A stretch of DNA of 11,891 bases. Origin: Planctomycetota bacterium (lineage in GTDB: Bacteria; Planctomycetota; GCA-002687715; DRQF01). The notes beneath the pieces were generated by a model, which did not search any database, was not told the origin of the DNA, and saw nothing but the letters and a program-made list of their open reading frames with translations. Every line of letters starts with the position of its first letter. Within the stretch, counting starts at the first letter, position 1. The position numbers and the translations under genes are program-made. Shown in pieces: positions 1 through 7,296 of this stretch. The DNA is taken from positions 1 through 11,891 of the forward strand of contig JALTLO010000200.1 in assembly GCA_027001995.1 (NCBI GenBank), given 5' to 3'.

Positions 1-841
1 GTTCACTGCAGGGGCATCATTGCAAACTCTGTCACAAGTCGCAGCGGAGTCACCACCGGAAATTTGGCGCCAAGCTCTGCGACCCTTGCTTCTTAGAAGA
101 AGAAAAGAGGAAGTCGCAAAAGACTTGCCGCCTTTGACAGAACAAACTTTGGTTGTTGCCATGGCCGACGAACAAAAGCAACTATACACGGACCTCGAAG
201 TTTCCTTGAGACGAACGCTGAAGAATCGTGACCTCCCAAGGTCCCCAGCTCTGATGCTCGAAGGCTTGCTTCGGCTGCGGCAGGCAGCTTGCCATCCGGC
301 ATTACTCCCAGGCCAAAAAGGAGGCCGCTCAGGAAAGATTGCTCTTCTCTTAGACCATCTGGAAGATGCCATTGCCAGCAAACGAAAATGTCTGGTGTTC
401 AGTCAGTTCGTCGGACTCTTAGACATCGTAGCTCAGGAGCTTCATGACCGTGGTTTGCCGTCTTTGAGACTCGATGGCAAGAGTCAGAATCGACAGACTA
501 TTGTCGATGAATTCCAAGACCATGATGAACCGGTTATATTGTTGGTATCCCTCAAGGTCGGCGGTGTCGGACTCAACTTAACCGAGGCAGAAGTTGTGAT
601 TCTGCTTGACCCTTGGTGGAACCCCGCTATTGAATCCCAAGCTATCGCCCGAGCGCATCGTATCGGCCAAGAGAACACAGTCCATGCCATTCGTATGGTC
701 AGCGCAGGTACGATTGAGGAGAGAATCTTGGTGCTTCAAGAAAAGAAACGTGCCTTGGCGGACTCCGTATTGGAAGCGGCCCCCCAGGCCCTGGCTGGCC
801 TGAGTACTCAAGACATTGCTGCCCTCTTGGGAGGTGATTGA
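1..841 (+). CDS. SNF2-family (DEAD/DEAH-box) helicase, C-terminal part; gene starts upstream of the window
   Basis: The frame is open from base 2 to the TGA at 839-841. SNF2 motifs: LRPLLLRRRKEEVAKDLP, LLRLRQAACHP, SGK, LVFSQF, RLDG, LVSLKVGGVGLNL, DPWWNP, QAIARAHRIGQ, GTIEERI. Confidence 0.95.
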   Translation, partial: FTAGASLQTLSQVAAESPPEIWRQALRPLLLRRRKEEVAKDLPPLTEQTLVVAMADEQKQLYTDLEVSLRRTLKNRDLPRSPALMLEGLLRLRQAACHPALLPGQKGGRSGKIALLLDHLEDAIASKRKCLVFSQFVGLLDIVAQELHDRGLPSLRLDGKSQNRQTIVDEFQDHDEPVILLVSLKVGGVGLNLTEAEVVILLDPWWNPAIESQAIARAHRIGQENTVHAIRMVSAGTIEERILVLQEKKRALADSVLEAAPQALAGLSTQDIAALLGGD

Positions 842-852
842 TCCACACCAAG

Positions 853-885
853 GCCTGCTCCCGAGCAGCTTACCCGTGAGCAGAC
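853..885 (-). terminator. Hairpin between the convergent helicase and efp stop codons; possible terminator or 3'-protective stem
   Basis: On the - strand GUCUGCUC pairs with GAGCAGGC, with an inner CGGGUA/UGCUCG stem. It begins 3 nt after the efp stop and has no U-tract. Confidence 0.4.
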
Positions 886-888
886 ATC

Positions 889-1452
889 TTATTTCACGCG
901 CTCGTGGTACTTTCCGGTTTCACAGCTGATGCGAATTTTCTCGCCCTCTTTGATAAAAATCGGAACACCAATTTCTACCCCCGTATCCAGGGTTGCTGGC
1001 TTGACCTGATTCGTTGCTTTCACAGCCTTGACATCGTGCATCGTGTTTGCGACGACCCGGGTCACATATTCAGGATACTTGACCCCAAGGAGCTCCCCGT
1101 CGGCAAAGTTGAGATCGAGACTTTCACCTTCTTCGAAAAATCGGATGGCGTTACCAACTGTTTCTTCGGGGAGAATGTGCTCTTCGTAAGACTCATTGTC
1201 GAGAAAGACAATGTTAGACCCAGAGCGGTAGGAGAATGTACAGCTCTTAGACTCAGTGAAAACACGTTCGACACTTTCCGTCATGCGAAAGCGGTGATCA
1301 CGAATCGTGCCATTAGCCACGTTCCGCAGTTTTCCTTGCAGGTAAGCCGGTCCTTTGCCTGGTTTGACATGGGTTGTATCAACGACGATAAAGAGCTCCC
1401 CATTCAATCGAATCGCGTTCCCTCGTCTCAACTCTGATGCTTGCGCTGCCAT
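889..1452 (-). CDS. efp: Translation elongation factor P
   Basis: 187 aa. Motifs ASELRRG, HVKPGKGPAY (Lys loop), FLDNESYE, KPATLDTG, VPIFIKEGEKI, TGKY. AAGGA SD-like motif upstream. Confidence 0.97.
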   Translation of the reverse strand: MAAQASELRRGNAIRLNGELFIVVDTTHVKPGKGPAYLQGKLRNVANGTIRDHRFRMTESVERVFTESKSCTFSYRSGSNIVFLDNESYEEHILPEETVGNAIRFFEEGESLDLNFADGELLGVKYPEYVTRVVANTMHDVKAVKATNQVKPATLDTGVEIGVPIFIKEGEKIRISCETGKYHERVK

Positions 1453-1489
1453 CTCAGTTTCCTTTGTCCGTATTCAAGTCTGGTCAGAG

Positions 1490-1518
1490 ACATTAACGAC
1501 TCCGAACCATCAAGTGAA
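1490..1518 (-). promoter_or_regulatory. Candidate sigma70-type promoter for efp, overlapping the DUF1501 stop codon
   Basis: - strand TTCACT (1518-1513), 17-nt spacer, TAATGT (1495-1490). Imperfect consensus match. Confidence 0.3.
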
Positions 1519-2778
1519 TAGTTTGAGCGCTTTGGAGCGAGATTTTGGGTAGCTATATTCTGGAAAGAAGTCCTTGGGCATCTTGAAACCCATAAAATCG
1601 GTCAAACAGGATTGGAAGACCGTCCTGTAATCAGTGGTGACCTGAAGATCTCTTCCTTGATAGAGTTCCTTCTTCGGATCCAACCCCGACCAATCACCAA
1701 CGACACGTCCGCCATTGAGACTACCAGAAAGAACCATCATGGCACTTCCATGACCATGATCCGTACCCTGGTTTCCGTTTTCGCGGCAAGTCCGACCAAA
1801 CTCCGTCATGATCAGAATGCAGACATCCTTCATCTGCTTATCACCGATATCGTTGACAAAGGCAGTCACACTGTCAGCCACCATTTTGAGTCGACGAGCA
1901 TAGGAGCCCGTGGCTCCTCCCTGATTCGCATGGGTGTCCCAGCCTGATACATCGAGACAGGCGGCTTCCAAACCAGTCCTGGCTTTGATTACCTTGGCTA
2001 TCTGGGACAGACCTTTGGCGAATCTGCCTTTCGGATAGGTCACGGTAGATGGCACAATGGAAGAACCTTCGACAATCGAATTGAACTTGCGCAAGGTGGA
2101 AATCGTGTCCCGACCGACTCGAACGGCACTATCACTGGCCCGTTTCTTTTCCATCCCCCCGCCATAAAGGTCGTCGAATTCATCTAACACCCCCTCCATC
2201 TGTTTCGTCTTTCGGGGGGAAACCGCGAGGACGGGATAGTCACCTCGAAGAGAGCGTGGCAGTTTCTTTTGCAGGGCGACGCCTCGTAGTCCGTTTCGAG
2301 ATTGATCACTGGCGGCAAGATAGCGATTCAGCCAACCATCTTTGATGTCTCTTCGTCCTGGAGCAGCGTACTCCATGAAATCTTGAGCGTCAAAGTGACT
2401 CCTTGTGGGGTGAGGAGACCCCACACAGACAATGGGAGCCATCACCTTGGCATCATAAAGAGGCTTAAAAGAAGCCAAAGCAGGATGAAAGCCGAACATC
2501 TTGTCCAAAGGAATGAGACGCTCGGACTCTTTCTTCGCGTCTGCGGTGATGGCAATCTGCGGCCGCAAATCCCGATAGTGCTTGTCGCCAAAGGGGACAA
2601 TCATGTTCAACGCATCGGCACCTCCGCGCAGATAGATGGTCACGATCGTTTTCTTGTTGCGTCCCAACATGGGATTCCACAGTGACTGCTGGCCGAAAAC
2701 GGATGGCGGGAGAATGATCGAGCTTCCTAAGGCTCCCAGACTCAGTTTAAGTAAATCTCTTCTCTTCATGTCTTTCAC
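1510..2778 (-). CDS. DUF1501-family protein with Tat signal peptide
   Basis: N-terminal MKRRDLLK twin-arginine motif followed by a hydrophobic stretch. Family motifs LRGGADALN, RSHFDAQ, GWLNR, GWDTH, EFGRT..ENGNQGTDHG. Lies directly downstream of DUF1800. AGGAG precedes the GTG start. Confidence 0.9.
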   Translation of the reverse strand: MKDMKRRDLLKLSLGALGSSIILPPSVFGQQSLWNPMLGRNKKTIVTIYLRGGADALNMIVPFGDKHYRDLRPQIAITADAKKESERLIPLDKMFGFHPALASFKPLYDAKVMAPIVCVGSPHPTRSHFDAQDFMEYAAPGRRDIKDGWLNRYLAASDQSRNGLRGVALQKKLPRSLRGDYPVLAVSPRKTKQMEGVLDEFDDLYGGGMEKKRASDSAVRVGRDTISTLRKFNSIVEGSSIVPSTVTYPKGRFAKGLSQIAKVIKARTGLEAACLDVSGWDTHANQGGATGSYARRLKMVADSVTAFVNDIGDKQMKDVCILIMTEFGRTCRENGNQGTDHGHGSAMMVLSGSLNGGRVVGDWSGLDPKKELYQGRDLQVTTDYRTVFQSCLTDFMGFKMPKDFFPEYSYPKSRSKALKLFT

Positions 2779-2826
2779 CTTGCTCCTGTGGTTTGGAGGG
2801 CTCTATGTCTTCGTGTTTTGGGCGTC

Positions 2827-4473
2827 TTATTGCTGCTGGAATTCCGGAGCACCAAGCAAAACTGCCAAGAGCTTTTCGTGAATAGGTCTGTACTTGATAG
2901 CTTTGGGAGGTTTCTCACCACTCAATTGAGCATCGAGTATTTCTCGATCCTGCTCAGCAATATCACGTTTTTGCTTGCCTGCCACACGGAGTAAAGTTGA
3001 GATGGTCTGGGGCCTTAAACCTCCGGGAATGACCTTTTCCCCCAGCCGTTTGATCATCTTGGGCATCGCTTGGTCCTTGACGTCATCGTAGAAGCTGCTT
3101 GGGACTCGAACGCCCTTAATTTTGCCACCAACAAGGTCGAGAGCAAACTTCCAACGATAGGCCATAACACCCGGGTCTCGCCATGATTCAGCAGTGTCGC
3201 TGTATCCTGTTGGATCTTCGCAGCCGTAAATTGGTTGCCCCATTTCTTCAATCCAATCGCTTATAGCCTTGGTAGAAGAGATCTCAGCATCAACTGCGCG
3301 CAAACTTGAAATGACAAACTCAAACGGTGTCTTGAATTTGCTCCGAAAGTTCTTTGGCTCGCGAAACTCACTCGAAAGAATGATGTCTTTCACACTCGTT
3401 CTCAAATTGAATTTGCTACGCCTCAAGATACGCGCCACTTTCTTGAGCAGTGCCGGGGAAGGCGTGTCTGACACCAAATAGATACAGAGCTTCTTCGCTA
3501 AATAGTCAGCGGTGTTCTTATGGGCTGCTAATCGTGCAATAATCTTCTCACCTTCGACTATACCGTTTCGTCGTTTTTCCCGTGGTATTGTCCGGCCCAA
3601 AACGTGCTTGTCGCCCCCAGCGTGCATTTCCTCACGATAAAGAAACTCGTACTTTTGTTTGTCGCGATCGACAGTCCACCCAGTCAAAGCTCTGGCCAAG
3701 GCAACTACGTCTTTCTGGGTGTAGCCATTGTCTACCCCCAGGGTATGGAGCTCCATGAGCTCTCGTGCGTAGTTCTCATTGAGGCCTCTTTGGGCAGCGA
3801 TATTCGCAGCTTCCGCGCCCCGCTCTTTTGATCCTGTTTTTTGCCGCACGCGCCGAGCAACAATCTTAAGTTCCGTCTTTGTCGGAGGCTTTCGGGAAAT
3901 GTAGTTGTCAAGATAGACCAACATCGCCGGATGCTTAGCCGACGCTGAAAGTAGGGAATGAAAATCTGAAAAAACGAAACGTCGGAGGACGTTTTGCTCA
4001 TAGTCCGTTGCCGTATATCTGACAGAGTCCTTGGCTCGATCAACGTTAAGATGATTGCGCCAAAATTCGGTCATAACTTCGCTGGCTTGCCACTTGTTCA
4101 ACGCTGCTCGCAGGATGATCGAACCGTTAAGATCCGACTTGATCTGCCTAGCCTTCGAGCCATTGGAGAATTTCTTATAGAGATCTTGAGTCGTGAGGCC
4201 CAAGGTGGGCATAGTTGCGAGTCTTGTGCTCAAGTAGGGATCCACCTCGTCATGGGCGAACTGTTCTTCCACCCACTCTTTGATCCCAACCTTTTCGACT
4301 TCTGCGACGAGTTCATCCGTGGCACCAAAAGTGATGCGATTCAGGACGTGAACAATCAGCTCCCGCTGGCTCAAAGGTGAACGTGTTTGGTCTTGTGAGA
4401 AAAGCGAACCACTGCAGGCACTTAGAACGAGGACGACGAATAGAGAGGCATGCCAGAAACCTGTTCGAATCAT
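2827..4473 (-). CDS. DUF1800-family protein, exported (possible lipoprotein)
   Basis: Motifs FWRNHLNV, MLVYLDN, NENYARELMELHTLGV, YTQKDV, ARALTGW, KFKTPFE, MGQ..PTGY and terminal PEFQ. Signal peptide contains LSAC. GAGGT lies upstream of the ATG. Confidence 0.92.
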   Translation of the reverse strand: MIRTGFWHASLFVVLVLSACSGSLFSQDQTRSPLSQRELIVHVLNRITFGATDELVAEVEKVGIKEWVEEQFAHDEVDPYLSTRLATMPTLGLTTQDLYKKFSNGSKARQIKSDLNGSIILRAALNKWQASEVMTEFWRNHLNVDRAKDSVRYTATDYEQNVLRRFVFSDFHSLLSASAKHPAMLVYLDNYISRKPPTKTELKIVARRVRQKTGSKERGAEAANIAAQRGLNENYARELMELHTLGVDNGYTQKDVVALARALTGWTVDRDKQKYEFLYREEMHAGGDKHVLGRTIPREKRRNGIVEGEKIIARLAAHKNTADYLAKKLCIYLVSDTPSPALLKKVARILRRSKFNLRTSVKDIILSSEFREPKNFRSKFKTPFEFVISSLRAVDAEISSTKAISDWIEEMGQPIYGCEDPTGYSDTAESWRDPGVMAYRWKFALDLVGGKIKGVRVPSSFYDDVKDQAMPKMIKRLGEKVIPGGLRPQTISTLLRVAGKQKRDIAEQDREILDAQLSGEKPPKAIKYRPIHEKLLAVLLGAPEFQQQ

Positions 4474-4668
4474 TTGTTTGACCTCATCCGCTATCGACTA
4501 AAAGGCGCTCACCCTCGTATCGGTCGGTCTCGACCTCCGTCCTTTTCTCAGTTTTCAGACGGTCAGTGACCAGTAAATACTCCAAGGTTCTTAAAGCATA
4601 AACGAAGAAACCACCCTGGGGACGCAAAAGTCAGCATTTTTGCCGGAAATTTCGATGTAAGAAGCTAC

Positions 4669-4707
4669 AAAATGAAAAAGCGAGCACCCAGGATGAGGTG
4701 CTCGCTT
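4669..4707 (-). terminator. Intrinsic terminator of the MBL-fold gene
   Basis: Perfect 11-bp inverted repeat AAGCGAGCACC / GGTGCTCGCTT (4678-4688, 4697-4707). On the - strand it ends in UUUUUCAUUUU and starts about 20 nt after the stop at 4729. Confidence 0.85.
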
Positions 4708-4728
4708 CTGTTCGTTGAGGTTATGAGG

Positions 4729-5826
4729 TTATGGCAAATCGACGTGCTCGCCCCACATCAAGACCCGACGCATAAGAGAAGGCCCTGCTGCGTTTATCTG
4801 CAATGACAAGAATGCCGGTCCAAAATGGCGGAATTCCAAGTCGTGAGACAGGAATCTCAAGGAGGGTGAGATCATTGGTTCCAATGTTGTTTGAAGTTGG
4901 CCCAGGTTCATCTGCAAGTCTGGGGACCAGCCTTCATTCAGCTTCGTCTGCAAGAAATTGATGATACCCGGGTCGTTGTTGTCACCGAAATGGGCAATGT
5001 CCTTACCATTAAGGGAGAACAAGAAAGCATTATTCGAGACATTGAAGGGATGATTAAGGTCTGGCTGAGTATTCGCAGCATCAAGGAAAGCCCCGAATTG
5101 CCAACCTTGAAAAGAGGTCCAAGTCAGAGGGCCCATTGTGTGGGTCGACGTGTCTGTCGGAACAATCAACATATTCTGATTTGGAGCTCCCAAGAGAACA
5201 GCTTCGTTCTTCACTTCTTGGCTGCAAATAACTGGCTTACCCCGTGACAACATCTCGTAGATCAGTCGTGCCGATAGATGATCACTGTGAATATGAGTGA
5301 CAAAATAGGCATCCAACATGTTAGCCATGGCGCTTATTTGTGAGTTTTCCACACCGATGTTGTTGGGTGTATAGATGGAAGCGCCAAAAGGACCATCGCT
5401 GACGTCAACGCCGAAAGTGAACTTGTCATTACCGTCACGTCCCTGGACAATCCAACTTGACGAATAGAGTTTGACCACACGTACACCCGTGGTAGGCAAT
5501 GGGACATTGGCTAAAGTGTTAATGGCTTCCCACCAACGGGCATGGTGAAACTTACTGATGAATGGACCTAGCTGTGGGTGCAAGAGCGGGTGGCTCGGCA
5601 GGTCAACTGTATCCATAACGACATCCAAGAAGTCACTGAGAGCCTTACGGACGGCCCAGGGCGAACCTTGGGCTTCGGGACCGTAGACATTAACCCAACC
5701 GCTGACCGGGTAGGCGTAATCAACTAAGTTGGGTTGGGCTTTCGCTGCGTTCTGTCCGCTGAGCATGAAGCCGACAATGGCGATGCATGTGATGCTCTTG
5801 GTTATGGTTCGAATTGAATTAAGCAA
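4729..5826 (-). CDS. Secreted metallo-beta-lactamase-fold hydrolase, function unknown
   Basis: THIHSDH (HxHxDH, residues 178-183), upstream acidic motif FGVD, HFGDN and C-terminal SH. Sec signal peptide ending AKA/Q. TTG start with GAGAGGA 7 nt upstream. Confidence 0.85.
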   Translation of the reverse strand: MLNSIRTITKSITCIAIVGFMLSGQNAAKAQPNLVDYAYPVSGWVNVYGPEAQGSPWAVRKALSDFLDVVMDTVDLPSHPLLHPQLGPFISKFHHARWWEAINTLANVPLPTTGVRVVKLYSSSWIVQGRDGNDKFTFGVDVSDGPFGASIYTPNNIGVENSQISAMANMLDAYFVTHIHSDHLSARLIYEMLSRGKPVICSQEVKNEAVLLGAPNQNMLIVPTDTSTHTMGPLTWTSFQGWQFGAFLDAANTQPDLNHPFNVSNNAFLFSLNGKDIAHFGDNNDPGIINFLQTKLNEGWSPDLQMNLGQLQTTLEPMISPSLRFLSHDLEFRHFGPAFLSLQINAAGPSLMRRVLMWGEHVDLP

Positions 5827-5864
5827 AACGAATTCCTCTCGATCTGTGACTGCCCTTCTCTATT

Positions 5865-5999
5865 GCGCAGGAGTCGGGCGAATAAATTCATGTTGACGAA
5901 CAACTCAACTCCTGTACCCACCACGACCTCAGGAGAAGCGTCCCTGTTTCTTCGGCCACTTTGGGGGTCTACTTAACCGAACAAGCCCGACCTGAGGCC
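5865..5999 (-). ncRNA. Candidate structured 5' leader (two long hairpins) of the MBL-fold gene; not matched to any family I recognise
   Basis: Stems GGCCUCAGG/CCUGAGGUC, UUCGGUUA/UGGCCGAA and CAGGAGUUG/CGACUCCUG. Their G-U pairs favour the - strand. Confidence 0.35.
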
Positions 6000-6365
6000 A
6001 TTCAGATCAATGTTGGGAATTCATGCCGTCAACTGAATCTTTATCGGCCATCGTAAGCCCCTAACATGTAGAAACTTCTGCTGATGACTCCGAAAAATTA
6101 TTAAACTTGTCCGATTAAAGCCTCTTCTACAGAAACAAAACCCAAATTCAAACGATCGTATTTTCTTAAGGGGTGGCGGCGTTGAATCCGATTGGAGTTT
6201 CCAATCGTTGAATTCAATCCTGGCTCATTTGTGAGCGCCGTTAGGTAAATCCTGCAGCTTCGGGGGGGCAAATAGGGACTATCTTGGGGGGAAAATGACT
6301 CTGGCAGCCCGTGGCCACGTTTCATGTGCTTCTGATGCCAGGAATTCGATCCCTGGAAACATGAT

Positions 6366-7097
6366 TCACCCTGCTTTTTTCATCGACTTCGCCAAACGCT
6401 CCTTGAGCATCTTGGCGGTTTCCAAGAAGAAGTCCTCACCCACGTGAGCCCACTCATGGTCAAAGACAAATGTCGCTTGGTAACGAGGGTCCTGTTGGTC
6501 ATAAGCCAGGAAACGGTCAATCAGGTGTGATACTTTTTCGAATCCCAGACCATCTTGCCTGAGAATAAGGTCAACGGCATTCGCATGATGGTAGGTTTCA
6601 TCCCGAAGGAGGAGGCGTATGAATCGAGAGAGCTCTGATGTTCCCAGACTTTGATATAGGGCCACATCGATGTGATAAGCGCGCATGGTCGCCAATTCGT
6701 CGTAAGCAAAAAGAAGGCTAAGCCCCCATTCGTCATGGAGGAATTCCGCTAAGGGGGAAAAATCAGGGCTGCGTTCCCTGAGGCGCTGACGAACAAGGGT
6801 CTCATCTTCCTCGTAGAGCAAGCAATAGAGAGCCAAGAAGCCCTCTGCATGATTGATTTCGTCTTCAAACCAGGCCTGTTCGAATGCCAAGAACTCCTGG
6901 CTCCATGAGTTTTCACTCCGGTGAATTTCATCATGAAGATAAGTTGAATCCCATTCCGCGCAAAGATCAAACCAAAAGTAGTCTCTCAGTTCTGCCAGTT
7001 TTCCTGCAGTTAGTTGAATATCCGCTCTTTTGATCTGGCCCACCAAAGCTGCAGCATCCCACCTTGACTGTCGCGGTTTCCATAGCTCACTCTTCAT
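6366..7097 (-). CDS. Ferritin-like (four-helix-bundle diiron carboxylate) protein
   Basis: Ligand pattern E48 ... D-E80-x-x-H83 ... E134 ... D-E167-x-x-H170, with about 32 residues in each half. AGGAG 8 nt upstream of the ATG. Confidence 0.8.
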   Translation of the reverse strand: MKSELWKPRQSRWDAAALVGQIKRADIQLTAGKLAELRDYFWFDLCAEWDSTYLHDEIHRSENSWSQEFLAFEQAWFEDEINHAEGFLALYCLLYEEDETLVRQRLRERSPDFSPLAEFLHDEWGLSLLFAYDELATMRAYHIDVALYQSLGTSELSRFIRLLLRDETYHHANAVDLILRQDGLGFEKVSHLIDRFLAYDQQDPRYQATFVFDHEWAHVGEDFFLETAKMLKERLAKSMKKAG

Positions 7098-7176
7098 AGG
7101 GGGAACTCCTGCTCACTCGATATGGCTTCAGAAGCCAAGACATCCACGCCTTCACTTCCCAATTGATAGAACTCTC

Positions 7177-7216
7177 AAAAAAAAAGAAGACCAAGGGTAA
7201 TCCCCTGATCTTCTTT
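7177..7216 (-). terminator. Intrinsic terminator downstream of tRNA-fMet
   Basis: - strand AAAGAAGAUCAGGGG-AUUA-CCCUUGGUCUUC followed by U9 (A-run at 7177-7185 on +). Confidence 0.88.
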
Positions 7217-7219
7217 GAG

Positions 7220-7292
<73 letters not shown>

Positions 7293-7296
7293 CCAT

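Noticed and set aside
1..841. SNF2 helicase as part of a defence system
   Set aside because: Only the C-terminus is visible, and no methylase, nuclease or other defence partner is in the window.
904..1437. 177-aa + strand ORF antisense to efp, and similar antisense or nested ORFs (e.g. 1612-1947, 2302-2685, 3994-4380, 9226-9693, 9838-10299, 11257-11619)
   Set aside because: They lie wholly or mostly over well-supported genes and have no recognisable motifs; typical shadow ORFs.
4561..4590. GAACC...GTCA ECF-like promoter and GGTCA-C-TGACC palindrome upstream of DUF1800
   Set aside because: The spacer is about 2 nt short for the RpoE-type consensus, and a 5-bp-arm palindrome is expected by chance.
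4600..4650. GGGACGCAAAAG resembling the c-di-GMP-I riboswitch core
   Set aside because: Lacks the upstream GGCAAAC/GNRA stem and the downstream P3 elements, and lies antisense to the flanking genes.
5905..5999. T-box or SRP RNA interpretation of the long hairpin
   Set aside because: No UGGNACC antiterminator bulge, no terminator, and no SRP CAGG-GNRA-AGCA motif.
5955..6060. + strand fragments resembling the c-di-AMP (ydaO) riboswitch (TTTGGGG, CCCGA, CCGTCAACT, CGTAAGC)
   Set aside because: The 5' GCTGAATCC element is missing from the required position, the spacing is wrong and no + strand gene follows.
6101..6325. 74-aa - strand ORF in the intergenic region
   Set aside because: No SD and no recognisable motif, and it runs through the palindromic element. 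It cannot be excluded but is unsupported.
6338..6356. CCAGG-AATTCGATC-CCTGG hairpin resembling a tRNA T-arm or att-site remnant
   Set aside because: It does not match the 3' end of the tRNA-fMet. More simply, it is a short stem after the diiron gene stop, with no U-tract.
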